Assembly (NCBI GenBank): GCA_963749075.1
Contig: CAVVLJ010000022.1
Location: forward strand, 128,001-192,000
Direction: 5' to 3'
Length of the DNA stretch: 64,000 bases
DNA from: an uncultured Pseudomonadota bacterium
GTDB taxonomy: Bacteria; Pseudomonadota; Alphaproteobacteria; JACZXZ01
This document shows positions 55,554-64,000 of the stretch, in pieces. The position numbers and the translations under genes were made by a program. The notes beneath the pieces were generated by a model. The model did no database searches. It saw nothing but the letters and a program-made list of their open reading frames with translations, and had not been told where the DNA came from. The first letter of the stretch is position 1, and every line of letters begins with the position of its first letter.

Positions 55554-56237
55554 GTGAGCCATTGCCGCCTCGTGGTCGCGGACGATCACCCGCTCTTTCG
55601 CGACGCCCTCAGGCTTACCGTCGCCGAGCTGCTGCCGGAGGCCGAGATCGCGGAGGCCGATTCCTTCGACAGCCTGCGCGCTCAGCTCGAGGCGGCACCC
55701 GAGACGGATCTCGTGCTGCTCGACCTCAACATGCCCGGCATGCTGGGCTTCTCGGGCCTCCTCTTCCTGCGCGCGCAGTTCTCTGCGGTGCCCGTCGCCA
55801 TCATCTCGGCCAACGAGGCGCCGCGCACGGTGAGCCGCGCGCTCGAGCTCGGCGCCGTCGGCTATATCCCAAAGTCGGCGGCGGCGGCCGAGATCCGCAC
55901 GGCACTGACGGCCCTCCTCGCAGGCGAGGCCTGGCTGCCGCCGGCCTTGGCGCTCGGCGGCCGTGCCGAGCGCGCCGATGCCGAGCTCGCCGCGCGCCTC
56001 GCCAGCCTGACGCCGCAGCAGGTCCGCGTCCTCATGATGCTGAGCGAAGGCCTGCTCAATAAGCAGATCGCGCACGCGCTCGGCGTCGCCGAGGCCACCG
56101 TCAAGGCCCACGTGTCCGCCATCCTCTTGAAGCTCAAGGTCGACAACCGCACCCAGGCGGTGATCCTGGCGAAGCGCCTCGCCGACGACGCGGGGGCCTC
56201 GCGCGCCGAGCTCCTGCATCTCGCGGCGGGCCGCTGA
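55554..56237 (+). CDS. NarL/LuxR response regulator (CrbR/ErdR-like)
   Basis: ADDHPLFRDAL, LLDLNMPG..GFSGL, LTPQQVRVLMML.EGLLNKQIA, EATVKAHVSAIL.KL; convergent with the CrbS-like kinase. Confidence 0.9.
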   Translation: MSHCRLVVADDHPLFRDALRLTVAELLPEAEIAEADSFDSLRAQLEAAPETDLVLLDLNMPGMLGFSGLLFLRAQFSAVPVAIISANEAPRTVSRALELGAVGYIPKSAAAAEIRTALTALLAGEAWLPPALALGGRAERADAELAARLASLTPQQVRVLMMLSEGLLNKQIAHALGVAEATVKAHVSAILLKLKVDNRTQAVILAKRLADDAGASRAELLHLAAGR

Positions 56238-56256
56238 GAGGGGCGACGGGCGGTCC

Positions 56257-59200
56257 CTATTCGGCCGCCTGGCGGGAGGCGAGCGCACGCATCACGAGCG
56301 CTCGCAGTGCCGCGGGCTTGAGCGGCTTGTGGAGCACCGGCAGTGCCGCTGCCTGGGCGCGGCGCCTGATCGCTTGCGAACGGTCCGCGGTGATCAGGAT
56401 CGCGGGGATCTCCGCGCGGTAGCGCTCGCGCAGCGCCGCGATGCAATCGATGCCGTCGCCGCCGCCGCCGAGGTGATAGTCGACGATCAGGAGATCGGGC
56501 GGCATCGTCCCCTCGGCGGCGAGCTCGAGAGCCGCCGCGAGACCGGCTGCGGGGCGCATGAGGTGCGACCAGCCCTCGAGCAGCGAAGCGAGCCCATCGA
56601 GCACGCTCGGCTCGTTGTCGACGCAGAGCACGCTGAGGCGCCCGCCGGCGCGCATCGGCAGCACCGCGTCGGCGGCAGTGCGCAGCCGCGTCACGCCGGC
56701 GCTGCCGCGCGGCACGCTGAGCGTGAAGGCGGTGCCGCGGCCGGGCTCCGAGCGGAAGCTCACGGGATGGTCGAGAATGCGGCTGATGCGCTCGACGATC
56801 GAGAGGCCGAGGCCGAGCCCGTGCTCCGTGCCGGGGCCGCTCGCGAAGCGCTGGAATTCCTGGAAGACGAGCGGCTGCTTGTCGCGCGGGATGCCGCAGC
56901 CCGTGTCCCACACCTGGAGGCGGAGCGCCTGCGGCCCGCAGCGCGCGCCCATCAGCACCTTGCCGCGCGCGGTGTAGCGGATCGCATTCGAGAGCAGGTT
57001 CTGCAGCACGCGGTGGAGGAGCTGGCGGTCGCTCACCACCGCGTATCTTGTGGGCACGATGCGCAGATCGAGCCCCTTCTTCTCGGCAAGCGGGGCGAAC
57101 TCGAGGCGCAGCGCCTCGAAGAGCTCGCTGAGCGCGAAGTCGTGGCGCTCGGGGAGCAAGCCGCCGGCGTCGAGCTTCGAGATGTCGAGTAGGGTGCCGA
57201 GCAGCTCCTCCACCGAGCCGAGCGAGGCATCGATCTTGCGCACGAGTTCGCCCTCGGCGCCGCTTGCGGCGCCGGGCCGGGCGGCGTGGCGCTCGACCAG
57301 GCTCGAGACGTAGAGCCGGGCGGCGTTGAGCGGCTGCAGGAGGTCGTGGCTCGCCGCCGCGAGAAAGCGGGTCTTGCCGAGATTGGCCTCTTCGGCCGCC
57401 GTCTTGGCGCCGTTGAGCTCGGCATTGAGCTGGGTGAGCTCGGCCGTGCGCTCGCGCACGCGTTGCTCGAGCGTCTCGTTCGCGGCGGCGAGCTGGGCGG
57501 CCACGCGGACGCGCTCGGTGATGTCGGAATAGGTGGTGACGCAGCCGCCGCCGGGCATCGTGCTGCGGCGCACCTCGAGCACCGTGCCGTTCGGCCGGCG
57601 GTACTCGAGCACCGGTTCGCCGTCGCCGAGGAAGAGCTCGAGCTGACGCGCCACCAGATCGTCGGGGTTGCCGGGGCCGTACTCGCCGCGCTCGGCATTG
57701 AAGCGCATGATCTCCGGCAGCGTCACGCCGACCGAGCCGAGTGCCGCCGGCAGCTCGAGCAGGTCGCGGAAGCGCCGGTTCCAGCACACCAGGCGGAGCT
57801 CGCGGTCGAACACGCTGATGCCCTGGCGCACGTTCTCGAGGGTCGATTGCAGGAGGTCGCGGTTGTATTGGATGGCCGCCGTGGCATCGTCGAGGAGCCG
57901 CATGGCGTCGTCGGCGCTGAGGTTCCGCCGCTCGAGCGTGAGCGCCATGACGAGGCGCGCCGAGGCGGCACCGATGGCGCTCGCAAGCAGCCGCTCGGTG
58001 TGGCGCACCAGGCCGAAGTCGGCCTCGGCGTCGGGCACCAGCGGCGTGCCGCGCTGGCTTGCAAAGTCCTCGAGCGAGCGCTGCGCGCGCTCGGGCCCGA
58101 GATAGCTCGCGGCCACGGTTGCCATTTCCGAGACCCGCGCGGAGCCGTGCCACTGGCGGAAGACCATCTGGCCGCCGTTGCCCTCGGCGTCCACGAAGGC
58201 GTTCGCCTGGAGGCGCTCGATCACTCTGGGCACGCTCAAGAGCGAGACCAGCGCATAGGCCGCGACGTTGGCGAGCAGGCTCCAGAACACGCCGTGGGTC
58301 AAGGGATCGAAGCGCAGTCCGAAGAGCTGCTGGGGACGCAAGAGGCCGATGCCGAAGGGCCCGGCCTCGAGGAGACCGGGCGAAAAGGCGCCGGCCTGCG
58401 CGAGCGTCGGCACGAGGAGGCAGTACGCCCACATGAGAAAGCCCGCGAGGATGCCGGCGATCGCTCCCTTCTCCGTGGCGCCGCGCCAGATGAGGCCGCC
58501 CAAGAGGGCGGGTGCGAACTGCGCCACCGCGGCGAAGCTCAGGAGGCCGATCGAGGCCAGCGCATAGCGGTCCCCGAGCAGGCGGTAGGCGCAATAGGCG
58601 AGCAGCATGACGGCCACGATCGCCACGCGGCGAACCTGGAGGATGACCTTGCCCATGTCCTCGCGGTCGGCGAGGCCGAGCCGCCGGCGGTGCAGCACGA
58701 TGGGCATGACGAGGTCGTTGCTCACCATGTTGCTGACCGCGACGGACTCGACGATGACCATGGCTGCGGCGGCGGAGAGCCCGCCGATGAAGGCGAGGAG
58801 AGTGACGATGCGCTGGCCGCCCAGCATGGGCAGCTCCAGCACGAACATGTCGCCGTGGGAGACCGTATCGCCGAAGACGATCATGCCGGCCGCCGCGATC
58901 GGCACCACGAAGATGTTGATGGCCACGAGATAGAGCGGGAAGAGCCAGGCGGCCTTGCGCAGGTCGCGCTCGTCCACGTTCTCCACCACCGCCACGTGGA
59001 ACTGGCGCGGCAGGCAGACCACCGCCGCCATGGCGAGCCCCGTCATGGTGACCCAGGTAGTGCCGTCGACGCCGCCGGAGAAGAGGCTCTCGAACGCGGG
59101 TACGGCGCGCGCGCGCGCCAGGAGATCGCCCCAGCCGCCGAACATGCCCCAGGTGACGAAGACGCCGACGGAGACGAAGGCGACCAGCTTGACGAGCGAT

Positions 59201-59808
59201 TCGAAGGCGATGGCCAGCATCATGCCCTCATTGTGCTCGGTGGCCTTGATGTTGCGCGTGCCGAAGAGGATGGCGAAGAGCGCCAGCACGAGCGAGGCCG
59301 AGAGCGCCGTGTCGCTCCAGATCGCCGGGCCCGCGGCCGCGGCGGCTGCAGCGCCCGGCGGCTGGTGCAGCAGCACCGTGAAGCTGGTGGACACCGCCTT
59401 GAGCTGCAACGCGATGTAGGGCAGCACGCCGATCACCGCGATCACCGTGACGAGGGCGGCAAGGAGCTGGCTCTTGCCGTAGCGCGCGGCGATGAGATCG
59501 GCGATCGAGGTGATGTTGTGGCTCTTGGAGACGCGCACGATGCGGCGCAAGAGCGGCAGGCCGAGCGAGAACATCAGGATCGGGCCGAGATAGATGGGGA
59601 GGAAATCGTAGCCCGTGCGCGAGGCGAGGCCGACGCTGCCGTAGAAGGTCCAGGAGGTGCAGTAGACCGCAAGCGAGAGCGCATAGACGACCGGCTTGGC
59701 GGCCGGCCGGCCGCGCCTCTTCGCCGCCCGGTCGCCGTAATAGGCGAGGGCGAAGAGCAGCCCGACATAGCCGAGCGCCAAGGCCAGAACGGCCCAACCC
59801 GGGATCAT
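56257..59808 (-). CDS. Hybrid sensor kinase with SLC5/SSS-like membrane domain, PAS, HisKA, HATPase and REC (CrbS/MxtR-like)
   Basis: YALSLAVYCTSWTFYGSVG, PYIALQLKA, LPRQFHV.VVEN, L...IGAASAR (STAC-like), FLAAASHDLLQPL, NLLSNA, GLGLGL, C-terminal receiver. Confidence 0.93.
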   Translation of the reverse strand: MIPGWAVLALALGYVGLLFALAYYGDRAAKRRGRPAAKPVVYALSLAVYCTSWTFYGSVGLASRTGYDFLPIYLGPILMFSLGLPLLRRIVRVSKSHNITSIADLIAARYGKSQLLAALVTVIAVIGVLPYIALQLKAVSTSFTVLLHQPPGAAAAAAAGPAIWSDTALSASLVLALFAILFGTRNIKATEHNEGMMLAIAFESLVKLVAFVSVGVFVTWGMFGGWGDLLARARAVPAFESLFSGGVDGTTWVTMTGLAMAAVVCLPRQFHVAVVENVDERDLRKAAWLFPLYLVAINIFVVPIAAAGMIVFGDTVSHGDMFVLELPMLGGQRIVTLLAFIGGLSAAAAMVIVESVAVSNMVSNDLVMPIVLHRRRLGLADREDMGKVILQVRRVAIVAVMLLAYCAYRLLGDRYALASIGLLSFAAVAQFAPALLGGLIWRGATEKGAIAGILAGFLMWAYCLLVPTLAQAGAFSPGLLEAGPFGIGLLRPQQLFGLRFDPLTHGVFWSLLANVAAYALVSLLSVPRVIERLQANAFVDAEGNGGQMVFRQWHGSARVSEMATVAASYLGPERAQRSLEDFASQRGTPLVPDAEADFGLVRHTERLLASAIGAASARLVMALTLERRNLSADDAMRLLDDATAAIQYNRDLLQSTLENVRQGISVFDRELRLVCWNRRFRDLLELPAALGSVGVTLPEIMRFNAERGEYGPGNPDDLVARQLELFLGDGEPVLEYRRPNGTVLEVRRSTMPGGGCVTTYSDITERVRVAAQLAAANETLEQRVRERTAELTQLNAELNGAKTAAEEANLGKTRFLAAASHDLLQPLNAARLYVSSLVERHAARPGAASGAEGELVRKIDASLGSVEELLGTLLDISKLDAGGLLPERHDFALSELFEALRLEFAPLAEKKGLDLRIVPTRYAVVSDRQLLHRVLQNLLSNAIRYTARGKVLMGARCGPQALRLQVWDTGCGIPRDKQPLVFQEFQRFASGPGTEHGLGLGLSIVERISRILDHPVSFRSEPGRGTAFTLSVPRGSAGVTRLRTAADAVLPMRAGGRLSVLCVDNEPSVLDGLASLLEGWSHLMRPAAGLAAALELAAEGTMPPDLLIVDYHLGGGGDGIDCIAALRERYRAEIPAILITADRSQAIRRRAQAAALPVLHKPLKPAALRALVMRALASRQAAE

Positions 59809-60107
59809 GGCCTCCCCACGTCGAAGCGCCTTCTTGTTGCCTTATGATACGCAGGGGCGAGGCCGCGGGGTAGTGCGCTTTGTGCCGTGAGGCATTCTCT
59901 TATCTCCGGGAAAATCGCCCTCCGATATGGCTTACGGTTGAAAGAGTCTCTTTTGAGCTCTGACTAGGAACATTATTGGTCAGAAAATCCGCCGGCACTG
60001 CTGAGCTTAGGTTCGCGGACGGTAGCTCAATCCTATAGGGTAGTTCTTATATTATCATCTAAATTAAATAAGATATTTCTTATTGCAATCTTAATGAATT
60101 ATAGGAT

Positions 60108-60572
60108 ATGCCTTATGGCATGAACAATGCCATTCGCCACCTCGATAACCGTTTTGCTGCCTTGCGCCCTTTGGCCGCGAGCCCGAATCCCCCTAAGGGC
60201 TGGCTCCGCGCCATCAGGAACGCGCTTGGCATGACCACGGCGCAGTTTGCGCGCCGGCTCGGCGTGTCCCAGCCGCGCATCATCGAACTCGAACAGTCCG
60301 AAGCCAGCGGGACCGTAACGCTGCACACGCTTCAACGCGCGGCCGAGGCTCTTGGCTGCCGCCTTGTCTATGCGCTGGTGCCCGAACGCCCGCTCGCAGA
60401 GATCGTCGGCGATCGCGCCAAACTTGTAGCCGAACGTCAATCTGCGACCGTCGAGCACACCATGCGTCTCGAAGATCAAGCCGTGCAGGGCAAGAACGCT
60501 CGCGCGGGACTGCGCCGCCAATTGATCGACGAGCTCATGCGTCGTCCTGCACGTCTATGGGATGAGAAATGA
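60108..60572 (+). CDS. Mobile mystery protein A (XRE HTH)
   Basis: PPKGWLRAIRNALGMT..Q.A.RLGVSQ.RI..LE.SE..G.VTL.TL..AAEALGC.LVYALVP, TMRLEDQ, LWDE; alternative start 60120. Confidence 0.9.
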   Translation: MPYGMNNAIRHLDNRFAALRPLAASPNPPKGWLRAIRNALGMTTAQFARRLGVSQPRIIELEQSEASGTVTLHTLQRAAEALGCRLVYALVPERPLAEIVGDRAKLVAERQSATVEHTMRLEDQAVQGKNARAGLRRQLIDELMRRPARLWDEK

Positions 60573-61153
60573 CGGGGCCGTCCGACGCCGACAATGATGC
60601 GACGCCGCTTACGGCAGAGGAACGCGACGGGCTCATCCCGACGCATGTCACTATACGGAGCGAACTCAACGAACTCGAACAGCAGAATATCTCGGAAGCC
60701 GACCGCTGGGCCTTTGCCCGTAAGCGCAACGTTCTCGACGAGCCTTTCCTGCGCGGCCTCCATCGAAGGATGTTCAATCGCGTGTGGCGATGGGCGGGAA
60801 AATATCGAACTACGGAACGTAATCTCGGCATCGAGAGCTATCGCATCCAGACGGAAATTCGGCAAATCGTCGACGATGCCCGCTACTGGATCGACCATAA
60901 ATCCTATCCGCCCGACGAGCTCGCCGTGCGCTTCCACCATCGTCTCGTGTTCGTGCACCCATTTCCCAATGGAAACGGCCGCTGGTCGCGGCTGGTGGCG
61001 GATTTGCTGGTCGTGCGACAGGGCGGCTCCCGATTCACCTGGGGCCGCGCCAATCTCCAAACGGCAAACGAATTTCGGCGAGCGTATATTGACGCCTTGC
61101 ATGCGGCTGACAATCACGATATTGCGCCGCTTGTTGGTTTTGCAAGGTCGTAA
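60569..61153 (+). CDS. Mobile mystery protein B (Fic domain)
   Basis: ATPLT.EE..GLIP, ELNELEQ.NI, LHRRMF..VW.WAG, intact Fic motif HPFPNGNGRWSR; ATGA coupling to the upstream gene. Confidence 0.92.
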   Translation: MTGPSDADNDATPLTAEERDGLIPTHVTIRSELNELEQQNISEADRWAFARKRNVLDEPFLRGLHRRMFNRVWRWAGKYRTTERNLGIESYRIQTEIRQIVDDARYWIDHKSYPPDELAVRFHHRLVFVHPFPNGNGRWSRLVADLLVVRQGGSRFTWGRANLQTANEFRRAYIDALHAADNHDIAPLVGFARS

Positions 61154-61202
61154 GCGGGGCACGGATGAGTTTGAGCCGACCACCCTTGGAGAGAGGCCTC
61201 AT

Positions 61203-61568
61203 ATGACATTCCCATCGCCAGCAGAACAGGATCGGCGTTTCCTAAAAGATTTTGCTGAAATAAACTCTCAGCTCATTGAATGGGGATGGTTCCTCCCCCC
61301 ATGGATCACCGGCGGAGAGTTGGAGAAGGTTAAGACTTATCTCAGCGGCTTAAAGTCGCAAGGCGACACAATGCAGACACCCTTTGAGCGAATGTTGACC
61401 ATGCAAGATTGGCCGAATCGGATGCAAAATCAATGGGAAAGCGTGACTTGCATCGAATTCCCCCTAGAATATCAATGGATTAAAGGTAGTATTCGGTCTT
61501 CATCAAATCTGCACAATTCCTACACTGCAATAAAATTACGAGAATCAAGAATGATGTGGGAAAAATAA
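61203..61568 (+). pseudogene. Hypothetical protein, probably truncated
   Basis: GAGG RBS and a plausible N-terminus (WGWFLPPW); the 3' half runs through the AT-rich att-like region. Confidence 0.35.
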
Positions 61569-61722
61569 GATGGCATCTTATCAATACATCTACGTGATAC
61601 TTAGATTAAATTAACTACTTGACAAACAATCATATTTCTATATAAAGTCTCCTGCACAACACCTACACAGGTACGGCAGATCAACCACTTACGCGCGCGA
61701 TCTGCACAGAACCTGCACAGAA
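61509..61722 (+). repeat. Three pairs of CT(G/A)CAC(A) direct repeats with 11-bp period (arm-type site candidates)
   Basis: Pairs at 61509/61520, 61652/61663 and 61702/61713; the last is a perfect CTGCACAGAA x2. Confidence 0.7.
61619..61646 (+). promoter_or_regulatory. Sigma70-like promoter upstream of the integrase
   Basis: TTGACA-N16-TATAAA. Confidence 0.5.
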
Positions 61723-61735
61723 TGGACGCCGTTTC

Positions 61736-62998
61736 ATGGCCTTTTTGATCGACACGCAGGAGCTCAAGACCGGCCTCATCATCTTCCGCCGCACGGATGT
61801 GGAGCACCGGAATTGGTATTGCCGGATCAAGCTGCCGAAGGAGGACCGCTACAAGACCCTCTCCCTCAAAACCGCCGACATCAACGTGGCGCGCGACAAG
61901 GCGTTCGAGCAGGACGCCGAGCTGCGCTTCCGAATTAAGCATGAAATTCCGATATTTAACAAAACCTTCGGCCAGGTGGCCCAGGAGTTCTCGGCCTTCC
62001 AGAAGGAGCGCTCCGAGGCCGGCCAGATCACCTTCCACCGCTGGCGGGTGATGCACTCCCATATCAAGACGCAGCTCGACCCCTATGTCGGCAGCGTCCA
62101 AATCACCCAGGTCGGGGAGGACCGGTGGAAGGCCTTCCCCATCTGGCGGCAGAAGAACGGCAAAGGCCGCTCGGGCGGACGCGTCAGCGACGGCACCATC
62201 CGTGACGAGATGGCGACCTTCCGCTCGATCATGGGCTTTGCCGCCGGCAAGAACTACATCCGCAGCACTCAGGTCTTCCGCGGCCGGCTTCCCCTCGGGA
62301 AGGCCCGCCGCGAGGAATTCACCCCTCCCGAATATCGCAAACTCCACAGCTTCGCGCGTAGCTGGATCAAGGAGGCACGTAACGACTTGGGCACATGGTA
62401 TCGGACCATGGCCTATAATTTCGTACTCATCATGACCAACACCGGCATGCGGCCCTCGGAAGCGCGGAACCTGCGTTGGCGCGACGTAGCCACGCAGACT
62501 GACAAGCTGGGCCGCCAATTCGTTCGCCTGAATGTGCGGGGAAAGGGGAAATTCCGCACCCTCGTTGCGGCCAGCAACGTCGCCAACTATCTCGACCGCA
62601 TCCGTCAAATCAGCAAACACACCGAACCAGATGACTTCGTCTTCGTGACTGAAGACGGCAAAATGGCACGCACGCTCTACTATTCGCTCGTCGAGCGGCT
62701 GCTTATCGAATCGAAATTGCAAACCAGCTCATCCGGAAGTCGGCGCAGCACTTATTGCTTCCGGCATACCTATGCGACCTTCCGTCTCACGGAAGGCGTG
62801 GACGTGTACTTCCTCGCCAAACAGATGGGCACGTCCGTGAAGATGATCGAGGATCACTACGGACATGTGACGCCCGTCAAGAATGCGGATCGCATTCTCC
62901 AGGGCCTTGCCCGGATGGGAGCCGATCGCCGCCGCGCCGCAGGAGGCGCGCTGATAGCGCGCCTATCGGTCCCCTGCTCTACAGTCGCGGGCCTGTAG
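61736..62998 (+). CDS. Tyrosine recombinase/integrase (true stop probably 62954)
   Basis: TGMRPSEARNLRW (R), RGKGK (K), YCFRHTYAT (YxxR in place of HxxR), LAKQMGTS, DHYGH (Y); N-terminal beta-rich arm-binding-like region. Deleting one T at 62907-8 gives GLPGWEPIAAAPQEAR*. Confidence 0.92.
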   Translation: MAFLIDTQELKTGLIIFRRTDVEHRNWYCRIKLPKEDRYKTLSLKTADINVARDKAFEQDAELRFRIKHEIPIFNKTFGQVAQEFSAFQKERSEAGQITFHRWRVMHSHIKTQLDPYVGSVQITQVGEDRWKAFPIWRQKNGKGRSGGRVSDGTIRDEMATFRSIMGFAAGKNYIRSTQVFRGRLPLGKARREEFTPPEYRKLHSFARSWIKEARNDLGTWYRTMAYNFVLIMTNTGMRPSEARNLRWRDVATQTDKLGRQFVRLNVRGKGKFRTLVAASNVANYLDRIRQISKHTEPDDFVFVTEDGKMARTLYYSLVERLLIESKLQTSSSGSRRSTYCFRHTYATFRLTEGVDVYFLAKQMGTSVKMIEDHYGHVTPVKNADRILQGLARMGADRRRAAGGALIARLSVPCSTVAGL

Positions 62999-63336
62999 GC
63001 GAATAGCGATCGAACTAACTTTTGCCTGGGTTGCCGATGACACGTCAACATTCGATGTATAGTCGGCTCTCCCAATCCACGTTGTAAGCGCGATTGGTGA
63101 ACATACTCTTTTCGAAGCCATGAGTAACTTGCATAATTAAACTCTTTCCGACAGCGGCCACAAGCGTTATAAATTGTATGACGGGTCTGTTGCGCCCTTG
63201 GTAGGTGCGGATGGCAGAACTACAACGCACACCGTACAGCGGCCTTCGCGTGCTCCCGACGATTATATCAACCGACGGGATCACAGCGACGATATTGCAA
63301 GGACGATAGCCTCAGTGCATTGAAACGGAGTGTTCC

Positions 63337-63960
63337 ATGCCACAATACGGCGCATTGCGCATCCATTCCCAAGGGGGCATCCAAGTCACCGAGGCGCGTG
63401 ACCTACTCGCCCAAATAGATGACGCCTACAATGCCATCTATGCGTACGACACATTTCTCGATTCCGCAGATGCATCCAGGCGACGTAGGCTCCCCATTGA
63501 ATTCATCGAGCTTGGGCTATTTGCAAGGCCGTGGGGTTTCGGCATTGAACAAATCCGCGACTGGCCGCCCAAGCCAGAGGCGCTGCAAACGCTTGTACCG
63601 TCGCGCGATCGGTTAATTTTGAAATCTACAAAACTTGAATCTCCCGGCTTTTGGGAGGTTCTCGGTAGCCTAAACCCTCTCGAAGTCATACGAAAGTACA
63701 TAGGCGACGCCCACGAAAGGCGAAAGGATCGTGAATATAGGGAAGCGAGCGAAAGGCGACGACTTGAGCTCGAAAATCGGTTGTTACATACCGAGGTGCT
63801 CAACAAGGAAGCCGATTTTCTAAAGCGGCTCGGCGCGACGGAACAAGATTTCGCAGCTCTGCGCAATGCCCTACTTTACGACCCCCTTCGCAAGTTGGAG
63901 CTATTGCAAGATCGGGGCATCATCGACGGAAGTGATGATATTGAGCCTACCAAGCGCTAA
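63337..63960 (+). CDS. Hypothetical protein (207 aa) with C-terminal coiled coil
   Basis: GGAG RBS; SPGFWEVLGSLNPLEVIRKY followed by a charged helix ERRKDREYREASERRRLELEN. Confidence 0.7.
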   Translation: MPQYGALRIHSQGGIQVTEARDLLAQIDDAYNAIYAYDTFLDSADASRRRRLPIEFIELGLFARPWGFGIEQIRDWPPKPEALQTLVPSRDRLILKSTKLESPGFWEVLGSLNPLEVIRKYIGDAHERRKDREYREASERRRLELENRLLHTEVLNKEADFLKRLGATEQDFAALRNALLYDPLRKLELLQDRGIIDGSDDIEPTKR

Positions 63961-64000
63961 CCAATGAGCGAAAGCGGCTCGAACTTGGTTATGATCTTCT

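Larger units (their letters stand above)
59830..64000. mobile_element. AT-rich genomic island / integrative element (right end beyond the window)
   Basis: Abrupt visible GC drop upstream of the kinase start; contains mobile mystery A/B, a tyrosine integrase and orphans. Boundary approximate. Confidence 0.6.

Noticed and set aside
60015-60033. GCGGACGGTAGCTCAATCC resembles a tRNA 5' end near the island boundary
   Set aside because: No anticodon arm, T-loop or matching acceptor strand; att remnants are usually tRNA 3' ends.
61509-61722. Direct repeats as a CRISPR-like array
   Set aside because: Units are only 6-10 bp, unevenly spaced, and no cas genes are present; they fit recombinase arm sites better.

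Overview
High-GC alphaproteobacterial chromosome segment (MucR/Ros, HpnN, cyclic beta-1,2-glucan synthase and alpha-type REP hairpins point to this group). From left to right: 3' end of a GH94 cyclic-glucan synthase gene, cspA, a Rieske oxygenase and hpnN; several ABC-transporter/catabolic clusters for nitrogenous substrates; a RutR-boxed bacterial URC uracil-catabolism operon (urc1-urc4-upp-rutR) facing a divergent, uncharacterised NMT1-type ABC + FAD oxidoreductase + CoA-transferase + crotonase + ferredoxin operon; a SWIM-SNF2 ATPase; a lower-GC accessory islet (higBA, an IS5/IS427-group element inside a secreted-protein gene, orphans); a Zur-boxed Zn ABC system and mucR; an acetate module (acs, satP, CrbR/CrbS); and an AT-rich island with mobile mystery proteins A/B and a tyrosine integrase preceded by an att-like array of direct repeats and IHF-like sites. 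Four genes each carry one extra T on the + strand, most likely a sequencing artefact. No rRNA, complete tRNA or CRISPR array was seen. All calls come from reading motifs by eye; no database searches were run.
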